From sequence record OU343167.1: a DNA stretch of 64,000 bases; one strand, written 5' to 3'. Below are positions 22,179 to 31,222 of this stretch, one piece after another. A model generated the notes under the pieces. It did not search any database. It worked only from the letters and a program-made list of their open reading frames with translations, and was not told the origin of the DNA. The position numbers and the translations under genes are program-made. The first letter of the stretch is position 1, and every line of letters starts with the position of its first letter.

Positions 22179-25100
22179 TCACCGCAAATATGCGGGAACA
22201 TTAGATTTGGGTTTAAGGGGTATCTCGAAATCAACTGTCGGAATCTCGATGTCGAATTTTTCGAATGCTTTCTGAAGAACACTATGGATTACTTTGTTCT
22301 CATCAAACTGTGTTTCATCACCATAGTCTTCCATTGCCTCTCCAATCTCAAATGGAGACTTGATACCCATAATCGCTTCTACTTGATCCTGACTCCATTT
22401 AAGAATATCAGCCGATCGGGTAGAGATATTTGGGATATCCCCAGTATCGAGAGAACACTGGTAAACAACAACTTGAGAATCTTGACCTAAACGATAAGCA
22501 CGAGATATAGCCTGTTCCAGAATATAAGCTCTGAATGGACTATTCAATAGAATCAAGGTATCTGCCATTGTCAGGCGAACAGCCGTCGATAGAGAAGCAT
22601 ATGTAGCATTGAGTGGATTTAGATCCTTACCCGAATCAAAGCGTTTAACGATTTCAGCCAGTTCATTAGTAGTCTTCCCATAAACGGCTAGTGGTTTCAT
22701 ACCTAGCTTAACACAATGTGCATCTGCTGCTTCCACTGCTTCAACAAAGCTAGTAAACATAATCGTCTTCTTGTGAGTAGATTCTGTAATACCAACCCAG
22801 TCGACATACGGGACCATTGCCACGTGGCACTCAATACGTTTACCACCTAACACACGTCCAAGACATTCACCTTGAATCTTAAGGTTAGTATATTTAATAA
22901 CCGATTTGATGTCTCTGAACTCATGGATGAATTGCTTTGGAAGGGAAGGTCCAAATACTAATTTCTCGTATTGGTTCGTTGCTTTAATTTCCTCTCCTGC
23001 AAAGCGTGGATCAGGGATCTGTTGAACATACTTGACCAGATCCAAGTACTCTTTGAAGGCTCTTTCCTGTGCGGCTGTTTTGAGGGTTTTTCGATGGAGT
23101 CCACAGAACTCTGCCCAGCGTTTATCATCTTCAGGTCTCCGCTTCTTGTAGTAAGCCCAGCGTTCTTGAATAAATGCTTCCATAACCTTTCTAATAGCCG
23201 GAAGGGTGAAGTCATCACCATTCGGAATTTTAATTGGATAAGGACGCATGATCGGGGGCTCTAGGTCGAGTTCTTGTTTCTCTACCTTGTAGGATACGAG
23301 ACCTAATCGATGTCTGATTATATCGAGTCCTTTAGATGCTTCTTTACCATACATCTTCTTGAAGCGTTCTTCTACCTGCGGAGTGAATAGAGGATCTACT
23401 ATTCGCAGTAAGTTAATCAGTTCAACACCCAATGCTTTTACAGGCGTGCCCGAAGCTAAAAGATTATTACGAGAACCGACCATCTTTACAATGAGTTGAT
23501 AAAGTTTAGTCCGTGTAGAGTTAGGGTCATTCATGTTGTGCGATTCATCTAGAATCGTCACAGTACGTTTGCTACCAACTATATTACGGTTTCTAAGAAG
23601 TTCTACTACCTTATCCATTGCATCGTAATGACAGACGATCCAACGCTGTCCTTTGTAGGGCATATTAGGTTCGAACGTATGCCAAACTGTTTGCGGCTTA
23701 TGGAACATCTCTTTCAGGGAATCTAACCAGACTAGATCCAAAGCATTCTTAGGACACATTACAACAATGAGTTCAGCATCAAGCATCTCGGCAATAGCTG
23801 AAGTAAGATATGTGTTATGTGTCACGACGAAATCATCGGTCACGTAAAGGTGATCGGGATGTTCAACCTGAATACATTGACACTCCACTCGATCCGACAG
23901 GTTAACATGTTTCACCTGTAAACGAAGATTATCCGCGTATTGGTTATTGTCGTTGCATCGAGCTATTTTGCGATCAAGGCGGAAAAGTGCACTGGGGGTA
24001 TCAAACCGGACAGCTACCCGATAAGACATGTTACCGTACTTCTTGACGCCGTTGTACGTGAATGTAGGCTCTTTGAACGCCAGTTTGGCAATTCCACCCA
24101 GGGAACGAACTAGGTACTGGAACTGCTTGGCTAACATGTAGCTGCAACTGGTGAAACTTAGGTTGCTATTCTCGTCAACTGTACCATCCGTGTCCATAAG
24201 ACCTTGTACAAGAGCCAATCGCTGGGCAGTAGAACCGAATAGGTATTCTTGCGGAATGAATTTAGAAAGGGAATTCGTTCCTAGCAAATTCATATCTCGA
24301 AGAGCACTGATATACGGGTTACGCTCACCTTTCTTGTTGATGACCCCCATGGTAATGGCGTCACGGGCGATAAGATTGAGGTTATCCGGGAGAGCTTTAC
24401 TGAACGTATCGAATAGTTGAGGGTCACCACTGGTAATGGTCACACAACTCGAACTGATCCCGCCATCGCCAAGAATAACCCCGAGGTTATACGGATCGAT
24501 CGGTAGATCGACATCCATACCTTCTTCGGACTTACAGAGTTGAACGTAAAGTCGATTCCGGTATGATTTCATAGACATGTAACCGAACAGGGTGGTGGTG
24601 TTGATTACTCGCCAACCATCACTACCGTCCCTCGTCCAATTATAGCAATAGACTCGCCATAGGTGCTCATCACATGCTTCGGTCGTGCGACCGTCTTTGA
24701 ATGTAACCGTAAAAGTTTGTTTCTTTCCTTGTGGGTAAACGCCGGTGACCTTAGTCGGGGTACCGTCCCAAGCAGTGACCATGTCACCAACTTGAATATC
24801 ACCCATACGTTTCCAGCCACCAGGAATTTTAACCATGGCGTTTAGTGGTTGTGCCTTACCCGTACCGGCGGCCGCGGCAATTAAGTCACCATTTAGATTG
24901 TATTGATCTAGCCGATATGTGTAGTTCTTGAAATACTCTAATTGATACGGTTTTGGATCAAATTTTAATCGAGACAGATTAGCTAGATTAAGTCGCCCTT
25001 GTACTGATTTCTCATCAATGGCTTTAGTAGAGGCAAGCCAAGTATTCTGTAAAAGCGCATCTTTAATAGCAGCGATCATTTTTACAGAGGTGTATCGAGA

Positions 25101-25334
25101 ACGGTAATAGACAATGTTTTCCAACATGTACATTACTTCAGGTGCAAAGAACTTATAGAAGCTTAATGAGTTCCGACCAATGTTGTTGAACAAGTTGGTT
25201 GTAATCTTGGAAGTCTTCCAATGCTTACTGATATCTCGGACTATGTCGAAGCCACGAATACCAGAGATGATAATCTCCGTTTCAGTTTCTTTGACTGTCA
25301 AGCCGCCAAATATCGAACGGAATGAGTCTAACAT
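22179..25334 (-). CDS. SNF2/RapA-family (SF2) helicase with intein (phiKZ gp203-like)
   Basis: Walker A AAAGTGK, split by the intein and resuming at TYL; Walker B ILDESH; motif III ASGTP; motif VI QAISRAYRLGQ. Confidence 0.9.
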   Translation of the reverse strand: MLDSFRSIFGGLTVKETETEIIISGIRGFDIVRDISKHWKTSKITTNLFNNIGRNSLSFYKFFAPEVMYMLENIVYYRSRYTSVKMIAAIKDALLQNTWLASTKAIDEKSVQGRLNLANLSRLKFDPKPYQLEYFKNYTYRLDQYNLNGDLIAAAAGTGKAQPLNAMVKIPGGWKRMGDIQVGDMVTAWDGTPTKVTGVYPQGKKQTFTVTFKDGRTTEACDEHLWRVYCYNWTRDGSDGWRVINTTTLFGYMSMKSYRNRLYVQLCKSEEGMDVDLPIDPYNLGVILGDGGISSSCVTITSGDPQLFDTFSKALPDNLNLIARDAITMGVINKKGERNPYISALRDMNLLGTNSLSKFIPQEYLFGSTAQRLALVQGLMDTDGTVDENSNLSFTSCSYMLAKQFQYLVRSLGGIAKLAFKEPTFTYNGVKKYGNMSYRVAVRFDTPSALFRLDRKIARCNDNNQYADNLRLQVKHVNLSDRVECQCIQVEHPDHLYVTDDFVVTHNTYLTSAIAEMLDAELIVVMCPKNALDLVWLDSLKEMFHKPQTVWHTFEPNMPYKGQRWIVCHYDAMDKVVELLRNRNIVGSKRTVTILDESHNMNDPNSTRTKLYQLIVKMVGSRNNLLASGTPVKALGVELINLLRIVDPLFTPQVEERFKKMYGKEASKGLDIIRHRLGLVSYKVEKQELDLEPPIMRPYPIKIPNGDDFTLPAIRKVMEAFIQERWAYYKKRRPEDDKRWAEFCGLHRKTLKTAAQERAFKEYLDLVKYVQQIPDPRFAGEEIKATNQYEKLVFGPSLPKQFIHEFRDIKSVIKYTNLKIQGECLGRVLGGKRIECHVAMVPYVDWVGITESTHKKTIMFTSFVEAVEAADAHCVKLGMKPLAVYGKTTNELAEIVKRFDSGKDLNPLNATYASLSTAVRLTMADTLILLNSPFRAYILEQAISRAYRLGQDSQVVVYQCSLDTGDIPNISTRSADILKWSQDQVEAIMGIKSPFEIGEAMEDYGDETQFDENKVIHSVLQKAFEKFDIEIPTVDFEIPLKPKSNVPAYLR
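23814..24854 (-). mobile_element. 347-aa class 3 intein with LAGLIDADG homing endonuclease
   Basis: Starts AQPLNAMV (Ala161) right after GTGK; block B DEHLW; block F VECQCIQV; ends VVTHN before Thr+1; LAGLIDADG motifs YNLGVILGDG and LVQGLMDTDG. Confidence 0.92.
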
Positions 25335-25409
25335 GTGGGTTTATCCTTAAGGGGTAAATTCATAGAATTGGCCTACGTGTAAGATTTAGAAAAAAGATTA
25401 CTAAAACAG

Positions 25410-25600
25410 TAATGATATAGTCAAGGCAGTCGCGCATAGCGCTGCACTTTAAGGGGGTGATCCAGCCGATTCTTTAACTTGATACGTTAAAGTATTTGCG
25501 GGAGCAAAGACGAGTATCTAACTACGGTGCCTTGACGACTATGTTTGGACTCTCTAATCTAAACAGACATATCGCCCGGCTCAATGCCGGGCTTTATGTT
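25410..25600 (+). ncRNA. Candidate structured non-coding RNA (unassigned family)
   Basis: 9-bp closing stem 25420-28/25528-36 encloses three hairpins, one with a GGGA GNRA loop; possible GATAC/GTATC pseudoknot; followed by a terminator-like hairpin with + strand T tract. Confidence 0.4.
25574..25597. terminator. Hairpin GCCCGGC-TCAAT-GCCGGGC-TTTAT
   Basis: 7-bp GC stem downstream of the minus-strand paralog cluster; T tract lies on the + strand. Confidence 0.7.
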
Positions 25601-25603
25601 GTC

Positions 25604-26557
25604 TCATCGAATCAAACGTAAAGCTGGATTGAATCCACGGCTACTACCATAAGCTGTAAAAGCATTGTCAAGCTGGTGAGCGATAGATGTGCTAAATCCA
25701 CGCTGGATACAACGGTTATCTTCAGTAACAGCTTTATAGAAAATATTCAAGCCATTACCTGGAGCTATAGACGATGGTAACTGATTACCATAACGACTGC
25801 GTTGATAACCAGAATACAACTGTCCAGTTGGGTTTACTGCTGTATTGAATAGACGTTCGAAGGTATCTAAAGCTAGATCATTCATCACATGGAGACTTAC
25901 CATCGCATCAGTAGCATTGGTGTATACTACCTTATCACCATGTGGGATACATCCAACAGCAAAACTATTACCATTCCTAGAATAGATCTTACCCTGCATT
26001 ACAGCTGGATTAGTGAGAGATGATGGCAAAGTACCAACACCGTCTTCTACCGTATCAAGGAGAACACCTGTCCTATAAACATCCATGAATGACATTCCAG
26101 AATATGGAACTCTGTTCGGAATGTAATACGTTACACCTTTGAACTGTATTTTCCATGCTTCTGTTGGTTGATCAACAGTATTCGTGAAGTTAGATGGTAA
26201 AGCCAAATTTGTTTTAAAATCAGCCACCTCAAAGACATCTTCGATTGGACATGTTCCGAAGTAGCCAATCCACCAGTCACCGAATACGGGAGTTTCGGGA
26301 CCAGGTCCTTTATTAGTGTAATCAATAATGCAAATAGCTTTTACATCACTCAATACGAAAGAACCTGTATTGTCCGTACCAATAACAAGATAGAAATAAG
26401 GTGTATCTTTCAAAGCAGTATCGTCTACAAATTCTCGATCAGTAACATCCAGCTGCTTAAAAACAGCTGGAAGATTATTCACATCAAATGGTTCTGTAGA
26501 ACGATAAGCTTTTAAGTCAACAATATCACCTGTAACCGAAAAGCCTACTTTAATCAT
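25604..26557 (-). CDS. Putative virion structural protein, paralog 4 of tandem family
   Basis: N-terminal FN3-like segment (YRS..PFD..NLP, D..A....YFY) then GPGP...G.W.IGYFG; C-terminal FNPALRL. Confidence 0.7.
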   Translation of the reverse strand: MIKVGFSVTGDIVDLKAYRSTEPFDVNNLPAVFKQLDVTDREFVDDTALKDTPYFYLVIGTDNTGSFVLSDVKAICIIDYTNKGPGPETPVFGDWWIGYFGTCPIEDVFEVADFKTNLALPSNFTNTVDQPTEAWKIQFKGVTYYIPNRVPYSGMSFMDVYRTGVLLDTVEDGVGTLPSSLTNPAVMQGKIYSRNGNSFAVGCIPHGDKVVYTNATDAMVSLHVMNDLALDTFERLFNTAVNPTGQLYSGYQRSRYGNQLPSSIAPGNGLNIFYKAVTEDNRCIQRGFSTSIAHQLDNAFTAYGSSRGFNPALRLIR

Positions 26558-26565
26558 CGAATCAC

Positions 26566-27516
26566 CTATAGCTCTAGTTCTAGAATTGGCATGAATGCAG
26601 CCGCGCTATTTACCAGAGTACTGGAAACGTTTATAAGCGCTGCACCTCTGACCAATATAGACTGGGTTTCACCTACGAATGTACGCGTCATGAAGATACC
26701 CGAACCAGGTGCGCCACCCGTCATTACAACGTTCGTTGAAGTCGAGTTAACGCGTGTTTTAAGGTTAGGCTTATTGATGTTCGATGCATATGCAATTAGA
26801 CGATCCCATGTGAGGCCAAGTAGATCATTAAACTGATCATAGACAGCCTGTCCAGCAGCTATACTTGCGAGTGATCGTTCACCAGCAAATGTAGGCAGGC
26901 CAACTCTGTAACTATGATTCTTAATAATGACAGTCTTACCTTGTTCGGTTGGCGTACCAACTACAGTCTTAACAGGAGCAGGAAGATCATCCCAATGATC
27001 TCCAGGTGTTGACCAAGCACAACCCGCATTATAGACATCGGCCCAACGTAGGTTATAAGCCACGTAGCGAATTGGCAGCATGAAAATGCGCCCATCTACA
27101 ACGAACTTATGCCAAATGAAATCCGTTACAGGTGGAATTCTAATATCAGTCAAAAGACTGAGTCCACAAAGATCTGTTATTTCACCAGGTAATACAAAAT
27201 CTGGAACCTCACCAAAATAACCTAATTCATAGTCTCCAGAACGAAGGGTATTTGGTCCGAAACCAGTGTAAGGCATGTTAGCAAGTGCAACCACTTTGGA
27301 ATAGGTTACATCACCATTCTCAAAATTAGAACCGATGCAGTAATAGTAGACTTTATTTCTAATAGCTGTTGTATCATCGTACTCTTTGATGTTTCCTTGC
27401 ACATTAACTAATACACTAGGTAATGTCGATTCATCGAATTTTGTTTCAGATCGAAAAATATCAAATGTGACTGCTTCTCGATCATTGGTCAAACCCCATT
27501 GTACTTTAATACCCAT
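26566..27516 (-). CDS. Putative virion structural protein, paralog 3
   Basis: IKVQW..FDIFRSETKFDESTLP..YYY; GFGPNTLRSGDYELGYFGEV; C-terminal FMPILEL. Confidence 0.7.
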   Translation of the reverse strand: MGIKVQWGLTNDREAVTFDIFRSETKFDESTLPSVLVNVQGNIKEYDDTTAIRNKVYYYCIGSNFENGDVTYSKVVALANMPYTGFGPNTLRSGDYELGYFGEVPDFVLPGEITDLCGLSLLTDIRIPPVTDFIWHKFVVDGRIFMLPIRYVAYNLRWADVYNAGCAWSTPGDHWDDLPAPVKTVVGTPTEQGKTVIIKNHSYRVGLPTFAGERSLASIAAGQAVYDQFNDLLGLTWDRLIAYASNINKPNLKTRVNSTSTNVVMTGGAPGSGIFMTRTFVGETQSILVRGAALINVSSTLVNSAAAFMPILELEL

Positions 27517-27518
27517 GA

Positions 27519-28505
27519 TTACACCTCAAAGTCAACGAAGTTACCAGGGATAAGTTCCAGTACAGGGAACCAAATGTTTGAACTTGAGGTTCTACCTGTA
27601 TGTTGAGGTACAAAAGCCGAAGCTTTCGTTGCACTCGTATTTCGCGAAATATATGCAGAAGCTGGAGTGGTTGGAGTATCTCGTGTTAGAATAGCTTTAC
27701 TATTAACACGTGTAGCCTCATTATCACCGGTTACGTTAACTCGTTCCAATGTTTTATTAGCATAGAACTGACTAGTCATACCGGCTAAAAATAACTCGAC
27801 GGTACCATTACTGAGAGATGGGTCAGAATTACCTAATGCAGTCGCTGCGGATGACGATAGATCACTAACAGAATTAGGATCATCGTGATCAACTAGAACG
27901 GAAGGCAAAGATACTTCAAATTCAGATAGAGCAAAATTGATTCGCTTGCCCTGAGGAACAGGAGTAGTAACACCGGGGACAGCGGATGGTACTGCGTTCT
28001 TACTGTACACTAGACCCGCATTATAGAGGTCCATCCAGTTCAGAGTACCAGTTGCGATGGAATATTCAGGTACATAGAAAGTCCGTCCTTTCCATGCGAA
28101 TTTATGCCAACGTTGACCAGCATTATTAGCTGCGTTCCAGGACAAACCACAACGAGCGATTAGTTCACTGTCCGAAATAAATTCAACAGTGGGAAGAGAA
28201 CCGTAGTAACCATAATTGATGTTACCTGCAACTAAGCGCTGTGGACCAGGTCCAGTGAAAGGTACCGCATGGAACTGGAATACACGAGATTTAGCTACAT
28301 CCCCATCTTTCGATGATTCAAACATGTAGTAGTAAATAAGTCCATATGTAAGCCCTTCGTCAGCATAACCATCAACGTCACCATTGACTTCTGCAATTGG
28401 TGTACCAGGGTTGTTTCTATCAATCATTGTTGCCGATCGATAAATTTTAATACTTACGGACGCGTCGTTTGGGTTTACCCAACGTAGATTGATTGTAAAT
28501 GCCAT
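27519..28505 (-). CDS. Putative virion structural protein, paralog 2
   Basis: INLRW..IKIYRS..YYY; GPGPQRLVAGNINYGYYG; WHKFAWKG; C-terminal WFPVLEL. Confidence 0.7.
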   Translation of the reverse strand: MAFTINLRWVNPNDASVSIKIYRSATMIDRNNPGTPIAEVNGDVDGYADEGLTYGLIYYYMFESSKDGDVAKSRVFQFHAVPFTGPGPQRLVAGNINYGYYGSLPTVEFISDSELIARCGLSWNAANNAGQRWHKFAWKGRTFYVPEYSIATGTLNWMDLYNAGLVYSKNAVPSAVPGVTTPVPQGKRINFALSEFEVSLPSVLVDHDDPNSVSDLSSSAATALGNSDPSLSNGTVELFLAGMTSQFYANKTLERVNVTGDNEATRVNSKAILTRDTPTTPASAYISRNTSATKASAFVPQHTGRTSSSNIWFPVLELIPGNFVDFEV

Positions 28506-28517
28506 GTTAAATCATCC

Positions 28518-29468
28518 TCATGTGAAACTAAAGCTATTAATTCTAACTTCAGCTGTTTTATCTATCTTTCGCGATATACTGTTCAAGTCGATAAGCGTTT
28601 CATCTTGTGGGGCATTGCTAATATAAGCAATACTTACAGGAGTTGGTAGTGAAGTAAGCTGAATAATAGGTTGAATTCCACCAGAGCTGATTTCTGTATT
28701 AGTTATAATACTAGCTTCAGCTAAATTACTGTAAGCATTAATAGTCGTTTCTATTGGTACTAGGTGATATTCATCTTTAGGAATCAGCTCTAATACCGGC
28801 CGCCAAATACCATTATTCATTGGGGCATTATTATTTACAGACGTGATACTTGTGTTGTAAAACTGATACATTGGGCGCTGGGCTGTATTCAATGCCTTTG
28901 TCCATGTACCGTTACCAAGACCGATAACACTTGTGGGTCTATTGTCCCAAGACCCATTAGTCACTCGTGTAAATACCTGACCAAGTTCACTTGTTGGGTC
29001 TTCATTATTAGTTGGAGTGAATGGGTTCTCAGTTAGATGACCCATACGGATTCTAAACTGCCAGCTCCCTTCATCGTCAGTAAAATGATAGAACTTATCT
29101 TGAACGGTATTATATCCACTTGGAATATTTTGACCAATCGTGTTGTCTCCAAATACAAGGCCTTTGTCGTAAAGAACCTTCCATGAGACGTTGGTCATGT
29201 AGATAGATAAAGGTGCAAAACAAACCTTACCCATCCAGAAATATTTAACCCATTGTTGATTAGCGAATGAACCTACAATAGAGTTGGTATAGTCGGCTAT
29301 ATCTGCCTGTTCGATAAATCGTTCACGAAAATAAATATCTTTCGAATCGACTAGACCGAAATACCCAAGTGTCTCATTACCCTTTATTAGGAATTTACTT
29401 CCTGGTCCAGAAAATGGATACTCTATAGCTTGCTTCTTTTGACTCAATGATAACAGCACTTCAAACAT
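28518..29468 (-). CDS. Putative virion structural protein, paralog 1 (no N-terminal FN3-like part)
   Basis: SGPGSKFLIKGNETLGYFG; WVKYFWMG; WRPVLEL followed by an extra C-terminal segment. Confidence 0.7.
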   Translation of the reverse strand: MFEVLLSLSQKKQAIEYPFSGPGSKFLIKGNETLGYFGLVDSKDIYFRERFIEQADIADYTNSIVGSFANQQWVKYFWMGKVCFAPLSIYMTNVSWKVLYDKGLVFGDNTIGQNIPSGYNTVQDKFYHFTDDEGSWQFRIRMGHLTENPFTPTNNEDPTSELGQVFTRVTNGSWDNRPTSVIGLGNGTWTKALNTAQRPMYQFYNTSITSVNNNAPMNNGIWRPVLELIPKDEYHLVPIETTINAYSNLAEASIITNTEISSGGIQPIIQLTSLPTPVSIAYISNAPQDETLIDLNSISRKIDKTAEVRINSFSFT

Positions 29469-29511
29469 ATTAGCACCTTTGCTGTTAAGGAAGAACTATA
29501 GGATTGCCTAA

Positions 29512-29540
29512 TAAAAATTATCTTACATCTATATTACCTA
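29512..29540 (+). promoter_or_regulatory. Putative early promoter AAAAA-N-TCTATATTAC
   Basis: Exact TATATTAC core with upstream A tract at the start of the + strand accessory block. Confidence 0.7.
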
Positions 29541-29573
29541 AGAGAACATCTTTTCAAAGAAAGGAGAATACCG

Positions 29574-30365
29574 ATGAATATTGCTGAAAAAGTAAATGAG
29601 CTTATTAAGGAACTAGACAATAACAAATTTTATCTCATTCAGTTCAACCAACGAGTTGATGGAGAGTGCCAACATTTCTATCTTTGTGATGATCTGGCAG
29701 GAGCGAGGCTCGACCGAGACCATCGGAAAGCAACTCTATTTAACCCGGTAAAAGATGATATTAGTCTCTTCATTAACCTTGGATACTGTTTAGTAACGAC
29801 TCGTACACATCAGAGCCTTATTAAGTCAGCTAATATGGATCACCCGGCCTGGGTTGGTGATTGGGACGTAGAGCTAGCTCCCTGTATGGTCGAATATGAT
29901 AATTCGCTCCGTTTAGGTTTCACCGTTAGTAAAGAGGGAGATGTTCAAGCCGGTTATGTTTTCCCAGTTGTTCCATCTGTTGAGCCAGTAGAAGAGAAAC
30001 CAGTAACTGTTCACAGCCGTGAATCTATTAACTCTACTATTGAAAAACAACTTAACTCGCATGTGACTCCAGATTTCTTTGATGGATTTGATATTCTTTC
30101 CGTCCAAGATATCTTAACCTTATTGCGTACTTTCAAATGGCAGAATGCGGATAAGGTTAAATGTGCTGGACAACATGCTGTTCGTCAGAAGAAGGATATG
30201 TTGATCTATGAATTTGGTATCAATGGGGTTATTCATATCGATGTCCTGAATGAACTATACGGTGTTCTGAAAGAACAGGGTTGGACTGGAGCATCCACGG
30301 CTGTATCTGGTATGGCTTCTGGTTCTTGGACTCGCCTAATGCTACACCGAAAGGTAGCTGTATGA
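29574..30365 (+). CDS. Hypothetical early protein
   Basis: AAGGAG RBS; first gene after the early promoter. Confidence 0.75.
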   Translation: MNIAEKVNELIKELDNNKFYLIQFNQRVDGECQHFYLCDDLAGARLDRDHRKATLFNPVKDDISLFINLGYCLVTTRTHQSLIKSANMDHPAWVGDWDVELAPCMVEYDNSLRLGFTVSKEGDVQAGYVFPVVPSVEPVEEKPVTVHSRESINSTIEKQLNSHVTPDFFDGFDILSVQDILTLLRTFKWQNADKVKCAGQHAVRQKKDMLIYEFGINGVIHIDVLNELYGVLKEQGWTGASTAVSGMASGSWTRLMLHRKVAV

Positions 30366-30778
30366 AAAGAGTAAAATTCTATTCTCGGTTAGCGGCTCAA
30401 GCCTTGACTGACGAAAGTTACATCATCTCTATTCGCTGTCCTGAACAAGACGTAAAGTTTGTACGTGAGCATAAAGCTGTATTGGTTCTTGTTTTCGACG
30501 ATATTGAGGATTACGTAGATAGTCGTTATCAGATGTTCGACTATGTACATGCTGACAAGATCCTTACATTCATCGATAAGGTTCCCGATGGTGAGACATT
30601 GATTGTTCACTGTGAAGCAGGTATCTCTCGTAGTGCAGCTGTTGCTAAGTTCCTTGAAGGTATCGGTTGGGAAGTCAAGACCGATCGTTTCTGTAATGGT
30701 AAAATGGATCTGGCAAATGGACGAGTTTACGGTATGCTTCGTAGCGTGCATTATAGCCGTTCCAAGAATGAAGCTTAA
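30362..30778 (+). CDS. Protein-tyrosine/dual-specificity phosphatase-like (CX5R)
   Basis: IVHCEAGISRSAAV P-loop; LVFDDIE acid loop; ATGA overlap with upstream stop supports start 30362. Confidence 0.85.
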   Translation: MKRVKFYSRLAAQALTDESYIISIRCPEQDVKFVREHKAVLVLVFDDIEDYVDSRYQMFDYVHADKILTFIDKVPDGETLIVHCEAGISRSAAVAKFLEGIGWEVKTDRFCNGKMDLANGRVYGMLRSVHYSRSKNEA

Positions 30779-30807
30779 CGATATGTCTATTCAAAAGAAG
30801 GTGTAAC

Positions 30808-31167
30808 ATGGCATTCCCAACATTTGATGAACTTGTCGATATTATCAAAGCTGATGATGTTGACTCCGCAGCAGTCGTAGCTGCATTAGAAGCCGACATG
30901 GCAGATGCTGATAAAGTTAAAGCTGGTCATCGCATGGTCAATGGAACTAGTACTTTTCAGTTCCACGTCCTTGGTCACATTACTGATTCCGACGTAATTA
31001 CCAAACTTATTAAAGATCTGGGTAGCGCTGGTTTCATTATTAAAGACCTCAGTAGTATTACTGGTCGCATGCCACCTAATAGCCAGGACCGAATCTTCAA
31101 TGTTGAGGGTGAAGGTAATTCCTCTACAAAGTGGTCTCGTCTGGTAGTCGCTAAGAAACCTGACTAA
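30808..31167 (+). CDS. Hypothetical protein
   Basis: GAAGGTG RBS; terminator GCTCCC-TTCG-GGGAGC at 31174-31194. Confidence 0.7.
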   Translation: MAFPTFDELVDIIKADDVDSAAVVAALEADMADADKVKAGHRMVNGTSTFQFHVLGHITDSDVITKLIKDLGSAGFIIKDLSSITGRMPPNSQDRIFNVEGEGNSSTKWSRLVVAKKPD

Positions 31168-31222
31168 CATACTGCTCCCTTCGGGGAGCTTTATGCCATC
31201 TCTCATTAAAAAGGAAAATCAA

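Noticed and set aside
25422-25472. AGGCAGTCGC and GGGGGTGATCC loosely resemble RNase P RNA and tmRNA 5' ends
   Set aside because: No GAGGAAAGUCC or 3' CR-V for RNase P; no T-arm/CCA end or tag ORF, and too short for tmRNA.
25410-25545. GATATAGTC and GACGACTA resemble group I intron S and R (P7) elements
   Set aside because: They occur in reversed order, the region is far too short for a P3-P9 core, and no interrupted gene flanks it; the match is explained by the ATAGTC/GACTAT stem.
25604-29468. Diversity-generating retroelement acting on the paralog cluster
   Set aside because: No reverse transcriptase and no template/variable repeat pair with adenine-specific differences was seen.
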